In this document: positions 57,180 to 64,000 of the stretch, piece after piece
How positions within the stretch are numbered: the stretch's first letter is position 1
Layout of the letters: the number at the start of each line of letters is the position of its first letter
NCBI GenBank assembly: GCA_038240075.1
Contig: JBBSEC010000008.1
Location: 18-64,017, forward strand
DNA length: 64,000 nt
Source of the DNA: Acidimicrobiia bacterium
Lineage (GTDB): Bacteria > Actinomycetota > Acidimicrobiia > IMCC26256 > PALSA-610
Reading direction: 5' to 3'
The notes under the pieces: model-generated
What the model was told of the DNA's origin: nothing
Databases searched by the model: none
What the model saw: the letters and a program-made list of their open reading frames with translations, nothing else
Program-made: the position numbers and the translations under genes

Positions 57180-58379
57180 GTGGTCGAGAGCACCGGTCCT
57201 GTTCACCATCTCGCCGGTCTGATCCGGCGCGAAGGCCCGGTCCCGTTCGACACCTTCGTCGAAGTCGCGCTCTACGGCTCCGGCGGCTTCTTCGCGTCGG
57301 GCCACGGTGCCGGGCGCGGCACGGACGCGATTGGCGCCGACCGCATCGGCGGCGACTTCATCACGAGCCCTGAGATCGGTCCGGTCTTCGGTGCGCTCGT
57401 CGCGGCCGCGCTCGACCGGTGGTGGGGCGACCTGGAGCGGCCCGACCCGTACCTCGTGGTCGAAGCGGGTGCCGGGCGCGGCCGCCTCGCCTCCGACGTG
57501 ATGCGGGCTCGGCCGCAGTGCCTCGCCGCGTTGCGGTACGTGCTCGTCGAACGGTCGGCGGTGCTGCGCGACGCGCAGCGCGCGCTGCTGCGGCTCGAGC
57601 CTCCCGACGAGGCGTTCGGACCGTACGTCGCGTCGGCCGGTTCCGACGCTCCGGAGCCGGTTCCGGAGAGCGGTCCGGTCGTGACGAGCCTCGACGAGCT
57701 CCCCGGAGTCGAGCTTGATGGCGTCGTCATCGCCAACGAGCTCCTCGACAATCTTCCGTTCGGGATCGCGCGGTATTCGGGTTCGGGCTGGGAGGAAGTG
57801 CGCGTCGGGCTCGACGGCACGGGTGCGTTCGTCGAGGTGGTGGTGCCCGCGTTGCCGGCCGACGCGCTCGCGCTCGCGCACGTCACCGCAGGCCTCGTGC
57901 CCGCCGTGGGCGATCGGCTTCCGATCCCGCGCGGCCTCGACGACTGGTTGCGACGGACCGCAGCGATTCTCCGGCGCGGCTACGTCGTGCTGATCGACAC
58001 CATGGATACGGCCGCGGGGACCCTGGCGCGCGACACGGGCGCCTGGCTGCGGACGTACCGCGGTCACGCGTCGGCCGGGCCCGCGCTCGCCGATCCCGGT
58101 TCGCGCGACCTCGTGGCCGACGTCGTGACCGAGCAGCTGCGGCACGCGGCGGCCGACGCCGGATTCGCAGTGCTGACCGACACGACCCAGGCGGCCTGGC
58201 TCGACGACCTCGGGATCGCGGGCATGGTCGACCGCGGTCGCACCCTGTGGGAAGAGCGCGCCGCCGTCGGCGACCTCGCCGCGCTCGAGGCGCGCAGCGT
58301 CGCGAGCCAAGCCGCCGCGCTCACCGACCCGGCCGGCCTCGGTGCCCACCGCGTCGTCGTCCTCGGCCGCCACCTCTGA
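57180..58379 (+). CDS. MidA/NDUFAF7-family SAM-dependent methyltransferase
   Basis: [53 protein letters not shown]; starts on the base after the nuoN stop. Confidence 0.88.
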   Translation: MVESTGPVHHLAGLIRREGPVPFDTFVEVALYGSGGFFASGHGAGRGTDAIGADRIGGDFITSPEIGPVFGALVAAALDRWWGDLERPDPYLVVEAGAGRGRLASDVMRARPQCLAALRYVLVERSAVLRDAQRALLRLEPPDEAFGPYVASAGSDAPEPVPESGPVVTSLDELPGVELDGVVIANELLDNLPFGIARYSGSGWEEVRVGLDGTGAFVEVVVPALPADALALAHVTAGLVPAVGDRLPIPRGLDDWLRRTAAILRRGYVVLIDTMDTAAGTLARDTGAWLRTYRGHASAGPALADPGSRDLVADVVTEQLRHAAADAGFAVLTDTTQAAWLDDLGIAGMVDRGRTLWEERAAVGDLAALEARSVASQAAALTDPAGLGAHRVVVLGRHL

Positions 58380-58440
58380 GGCAGAACCCGTGCCGCGCGT
58401 CGGTAATAGGTTTGCCCGGCACGGCGACGGAGGGAGCACC

Positions 58441-60396
<1,956 letters not shown>

Positions 60397-60399
60397 ACG

Positions 60400-60888
60400 C
60401 TGCGGTTCCTCCCCGAACATTGGACCTGGCGTGACGGTCCGGTCGAGCCAGGGTCCGCCGTCGTCGTCGACATCGACGGGGTCCTGTCGGATGCGTCGAC
60501 GCGGCAGCACTACATCGAGGCGCCGCGCGCGAACTGGCGGGCGTTCTTCGATGCGTGCGGCGAAGACCCGGTGATCGAAGAGGTGCGCCGGTTGCTCGAC
60601 CTGCTCGATCCCGAGCTCCGGATCGTGCTCCTCACGGCCCGCCCGCACCGGGTGCACGAGCTCACCGAGGCCTGGTTGCGGCGGTACCAGATCCGTTGGG
60701 ATCTGCTCGTCATGCGGCCGTGGGGCGACTACGACCTCTCGCGCGACTTCAAGCAGTCGACGGTCTGGGAGCTGCGCTCCGCCGGCTTCGATCCGCGGCT
60801 GGCGTTCGAGGACGACCGGCGGAACGTCGAGATGTTCCGCTCCGAGGGCATTCCCTGCCTCTACGTCCATTCCGGCTACTACGACTGA
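60400..60888 (+). CDS. HAD-superfamily phosphatase (PNKP 3'-phosphatase-like), probable CTG start
   Basis: Frame extends upstream of the ORF-track call: VVVDIDGVL (motif I), LLTARP, FK, AFEDD; no ATG/GTG/TTG before motif I; GAGGAGG 8 nt before CTG 60400. Confidence 0.75.
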   Translation: MRFLPEHWTWRDGPVEPGSAVVVDIDGVLSDASTRQHYIEAPRANWRAFFDACGEDPVIEEVRRLLDLLDPELRIVLLTARPHRVHELTEAWLRRYQIRWDLLVMRPWGDYDLSRDFKQSTVWELRSAGFDPRLAFEDDRRNVEMFRSEGIPCLYVHSGYYD

Positions 60889-60904
60889 GCGTGTGCTGAG
60901 AACG

Positions 60905-60930
60905 GGAAAATTCTTCGCGACGACGGTGTT
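60905..60930 (+). promoter_or_regulatory. ECF sigma (SigR/SigH/SigE-type) promoter
   Basis: GGAAA-N18-GTT upstream of htpX. Confidence 0.5.
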
Positions 60931-60972
60931 ACCTGGTCAAAGCGTCCGCTCGATTCCACAGGTGATCCCAAC

Positions 60973-61818
60973 ATGGTGAGAAACACCACCAAGACCGTCA
61001 TCCTCCTCACGTTCCTCGGAGTGCTGTTCCTCGGGGTCGGTTCCTTCTTCGGCCAGGGCGGGCTGCTCATCGGGCTCGCGCTGGGCCTCGTCTTCGTCGG
61101 CGGCTCCTACTGGTTCAGCGACAAGGTGGCCGTGAAGGCCGCCCGCGCCCGCGCGGTCACGGAGCAGGAGGCGCCGCAGCTCTACGCGATCGTGCGCGAC
61201 CTGACCCAGCGGGCCGACATGCCGATGCCCGCGATCTACATCGCGCCGGCCGAGCAGCCGAACGCGTTTGCGACCGGCCGCAACGAGCACCATGCCGCGG
61301 TCGCCGTCACGCAGGGCCTCCTGCAGGTCGTCGACGAGAACGAGCTGCGTGGTGTGCTCGCCCACGAGATCTCCCACGTCCGCAACCACGACATCCTCAT
61401 CGGGTCGGTCGCGGCCACCGTTGCGCTCGCGATCACGTTCCTCGCGCGCATGGTCATGTGGGGAGCGATGTTCGGCGGTGGTGGCCGCAACCGCGACGAG
61501 AACATCTTCGGTCTGCTCGCGATGTCGATCCTGGCGCCCCTTGCGGCCGGGCTGCTGCAGATGTCGCTCTCACGCTCGCGTGAGTACGAAGCCGACCGCA
61601 GCGGCGCCGAGCTGATCGGCACCGGTGAACCGTTGGCGACCGCGTTGCTGAAGCTCGACGCGTACGCACGCAAGGTGCCGATGGACATCGACCCCGCGCA
61701 CGCGACGGCGTACATCATCAACCCGTTCACGGGCCGCAAGGTGAAGTTCGCGAACTGGTACTCGAGCCACCCGCCGACCGCCGACCGGGTCGAGCGCCTG
61801 CGCCACCAGCACACGTGA
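60973..61818 (+). CDS. htpX: Zinc metalloprotease HtpX (M48)
   Basis: PNAFATGR, GVLAHEISH, SRSREYEAD, SSHPP. Confidence 0.95.
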   Translation: MVRNTTKTVILLTFLGVLFLGVGSFFGQGGLLIGLALGLVFVGGSYWFSDKVAVKAARARAVTEQEAPQLYAIVRDLTQRADMPMPAIYIAPAEQPNAFATGRNEHHAAVAVTQGLLQVVDENELRGVLAHEISHVRNHDILIGSVAATVALAITFLARMVMWGAMFGGGGRNRDENIFGLLAMSILAPLAAGLLQMSLSRSREYEADRSGAELIGTGEPLATALLKLDAYARKVPMDIDPAHATAYIINPFTGRKVKFANWYSSHPPTADRVERLRHQHT

Positions 61819-61900
61819 TCGACGATGAGAACGCAGAACGACGTCGGGCGCGTCCGACACGTTGACACGCGCGGTTCTGGAGCCGTAACGCCGTCGGGGT

Positions 61901-62389
61901 TCAGTCGCGGAAGTTCGTGAACTGCAAGGGAACCTCGAAGTCGTGCTCGCGCAGCGCGGCGATCGCGGACTGCAGGTCGTCGCGCTTCTTGCCGGTCACG
62001 CGCAGCTGGTCTCCCTGCACCTGGTGCTGCACGCCTTTGAGACCGAGGCCCTTGATGTACTTGCCGATCTCGCGTGCCTTGTCGGTCGAGATGCCGACGT
62101 TCATGGTCGCCGACTGGCGCACACTTCCCTTCGTTGCTTCCTCCACCTTGCCGTACGAGAGGAGCTTCAGCGAGACCTTGCGTTTCACCAGCTTTTCCTC
62201 GAGCACCTGGACGAGTGCCTTGAGCCGGTCCTCGCTGGCCGACGCGAGCTCGATCGTCGACTCCTTGAGCTCGACCGAGCTTTCGGTGCCCTTGAAATCG
62301 AAGCGGGTCGCGACTTCCCGCGACGTCTGATCGACGGCATTACGAACTTCTTGCTGGTCGACTTCGGAGACGACATCGAACGACGGCAT
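61901..62389 (-). CDS. yajQ: YajQ-family nucleotide/c-di-GMP-binding protein
   Basis: MPSFDVVSEVD..EVRNAVDQ..RFDFKG, QGDQLRVTGKKRDDLQ, PLQFTNFRD. Confidence 0.95.
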   Translation of the reverse strand: MPSFDVVSEVDQQEVRNAVDQTSREVATRFDFKGTESSVELKESTIELASASEDRLKALVQVLEEKLVKRKVSLKLLSYGKVEEATKGSVRQSATMNVGISTDKAREIGKYIKGLGLKGVQHQVQGDQLRVTGKKRDDLQSAIAALREHDFEVPLQFTNFRD

Positions 62390-62439
62390 GGCGGTAACTC
62401 CCTCGGAAGGTCTGTGCAGCGCGCTGCTAACGTAGCGCC

Positions 62440-62525
62440 GGGTCGGTACCCGAGAGGCCAAAGGGGACGGGCTGTAAACCCGTTGCGTTACCGCTACGTT
62501 GGTTCGAATCCAACCCGGCCCACCA
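62440..62525 (+). tRNA. tRNA-Tyr(GUA)
   Basis: Acceptor GGGTCGG/CCGGCCC, anticodon arm ACGGG-CTGTAAA-CCCGT, long variable arm, TTCGAAT, encoded CCA. Confidence 0.96.
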
Positions 62526-62556
62526 CCGCCCTCTCCACGATGGCACACTGGGCTCC

Positions 62557-63099
62557 GTGGGAGTCGCGGGTCGGCGTTTCGCTCGGGGAGTCGGACTGTT
62601 CTTCGTGCTTCCCGCCGTCGTCGGCGGCGTGTTCGGCCTCGGCCTCGTCGCGTGCGGCTTCAACGTGGCGGTCGGCGGATCGACGGGTGGGAGCTTCATC
62701 CGCGAGAACCACCTGAAGCCGATCGCGATCCCGGCGCACGCGTGCCCGTATCTCGACGCGGTTCACGTGACGTCCGCCGCGGGTCAGGCGTTCTGGGACG
62801 AACGGGATGCGTTCAAGAACCTGGGCACTCCCGCGGCTGACCAACGCCTCGACTCGGTCCTCGCTCCGTTTGACTTCGCGCTCCGAGGAACCGCGCCCCA
62901 GGTACCGGCTCGGTTGCGCGCCGAGCTCGTCGCCGTTGCGAAGCAGGTCGAGATCGGACGGGCACTGATCGCCTACCGACAGGCGGGAAGCCTGGCCTTC
63001 TTCCAATCGTTGACCGCCGGCACGATGTCGTTGAGTCACGCGTCGGACCTCGTCGGTCACGCGTGCGGCTTCCCGCACGCGCCCGACGCGTGGTTCTAG
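62557..63099 (+). CDS. Hypothetical membrane-anchored/exported protein
   Basis: Fills the gap between tRNA-Tyr and the convergent GNAT; N-terminal RR plus hydrophobic helix, Cys pair; no recognisable family. Confidence 0.5.
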   Translation: MGVAGRRFARGVGLFFVLPAVVGGVFGLGLVACGFNVAVGGSTGGSFIRENHLKPIAIPAHACPYLDAVHVTSAAGQAFWDERDAFKNLGTPAADQRLDSVLAPFDFALRGTAPQVPARLRAELVAVAKQVEIGRALIAYRQAGSLAFFQSLTAGTMSLSHASDLVGHACGFPHAPDAWF

Positions 63100-63103
63100 A
63101 CCG

Positions 63104-63598
63104 TCAGAGCAGGCGTTGCATGAGCACGACGTCGAGCCAGCGCCCGAACTTCCGGCCGACTTCGCGCTCCGTGCCGATCGCCTCGAATCCGCAACGTGCA
63201 TGGAGCGCGATCGACGCTTCGTGATTGCCGACGATCCGGGCAATCGCGGAGTGGAATCCGTGCGCGCCGCCCAGCCGCATCAACTCGCTCAGCAGGGCCG
63301 CGCCCACACCCGCGCCCCGGCACTCCCGGCTCACGTACACGGAATCCTCGACCGTCGTCGAGTACGCCGCGCGCGGGCGGTACGGGCTCAACGATCCGAA
63401 GCCGAGCACCACGTCGTCGGCATCGGTCGCGACGATGGCGGGATGGCCGCCGGAGTGCTCGTCGAGCCAGGAGACCTGGTCTTCGATGCTGCGGGGAACG
63501 AGGTCGAACGTGACCGTCGATTCGAGCACTTCGGGGTTGTAGATCGAGCGGATCGCCTCGGCGTCGCGGCGCTCGGCGAGGCGAAGGTGCACGTCCAC
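63104..63598 (-). CDS. GNAT N-acetyltransferase (phosphinothricin/methionine sulfoximine type)
   Basis: IYN..V...TVTFD, AYSTTVEDSVYV, RGAGVG, NHEASIALH, EVGRKFGRWLDV; leaderless TACCTT-N7-GTG. Confidence 0.92.
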   Translation of the reverse strand: MDVHLRLAERRDAEAIRSIYNPEVLESTVTFDLVPRSIEDQVSWLDEHSGGHPAIVATDADDVVLGFGSLSPYRPRAAYSTTVEDSVYVSRECRGAGVGAALLSELMRLGGAHGFHSAIARIVGNHEASIALHARCGFEAIGTEREVGRKFGRWLDVVLMQRLL

Positions 63599-63642
63599 GC
63601 CTCGGAAGGTAGCGCGCGCCGTCCGCTATCCTGAGTGGGATT

Positions 63643-63715
63643 GCCCCCTTAGCTCAGACGGCAGAGCACTTCCATGGTAAGGAAGGGGTCTACGGTTCGA
63701 TTCCGTAAGGGGGCT
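63643..63715 (+). tRNA. tRNA-Thr(GGU)
   Basis: Acceptor GCCCCCT/AGGGGGC, anticodon arm CTTCC-ATGGTAA-GGAAG, TTCGATT; CCA not encoded. Confidence 0.95.
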
Positions 63716-63743
63716 CCGGGGGCCTGTGCAGCAGGCCCCGCTT

Positions 63744-63820
63744 GGCGGAGTAGCTCAGTTGGCAAGAGCACACGGCTCATAATCGTGGGGTCGCGGGTTC
63801 GAGTCCCGCCTCCGCTACCA
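63744..63820 (+). tRNA. tRNA-Met(CAU), elongator type
   Basis: Acceptor GGCGGAG/CTCCGCT, anticodon arm CACGG-CTCATAA-TCGTG, encoded CCA; lacks the initiator 3 G-C pairs. Confidence 0.93.
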
Positions 63821-63872
63821 GCCCCCGAAACCACCCACACCGTCACACCACCCGACCCGACGGAGAGTCTCA

Positions 63873-64000
63873 ATGGCCAAGGCGAAGTTCGAGCGGAACA
63901 AGCCGCATCTCAACATTGGGACGATTGGTCATATCGACCATGGGAAGACGACGCTGACGGCGGCGATCACGAAGGTGTTGCACGATCACAATCCGTCGAC
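63873..64000 (+). CDS. tuf: Elongation factor Tu, N-terminus (3' truncated)
   Basis: [33 protein letters not shown]; GGAG SD. Confidence 0.97.
   Translation, partial: MAKAKFERNKPHLNIGTIGHIDHGKTTLTAAITKVLHDHNPS

Noticed and set aside
62440-63820. Genomic island integrated at the tRNAs
   Set aside because: No integrase and no duplicated tRNA 3' end seen

Overview
High-GC (about 69% by eye) actinobacterial chromosome segment. Gene content and order suggest class Acidimicrobiia, which is an inference. It is core genome, with no integrase, transposase or CRISPR-Cas seen. The left arm carries housekeeping and regulatory genes: map, a Fur/Zur regulator, an orphan peptide-type SBP, a SirB1 / LON-N / Cys-less DksA / ubiquitin-like / RsiG-like / XRE run, mshA-ybjN, proC, a BldC/Rv0500A-like HTH, DUF62 and an acyl-CoA ligase. 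The centre is a ~43 kb bioenergetic super-locus. It holds a rex-sirC-hemACD/cobA-hemBL operon with a Rex box, then an 8-gene split-cytochrome-b (b6f-like) Rieske operon with a heme c_i Cys and a co-encoded 2[4Fe-4S] ferredoxin. Next come a MenJ-like reductase and a complete 14-subunit complex I. A second, 11-subunit complex I lacking NuoEFG follows, with a MidA/NDUFAF7-type methyltransferase directly behind it whose target Arg is present only in the second NuoD. The right end has acs, a HAD phosphatase with no canonical start, htpX, yajQ, tRNA-Tyr/Thr/Met and the start of tuf. Non-coding highlights are MIRU-like repeats, mini-ORFs bridging operon junctions through ATGA overlaps, a dispersed palindromic repeat, two candidate structured RNAs and many leaderless starts. 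All calls come from reading motifs by eye; no database searches were run.
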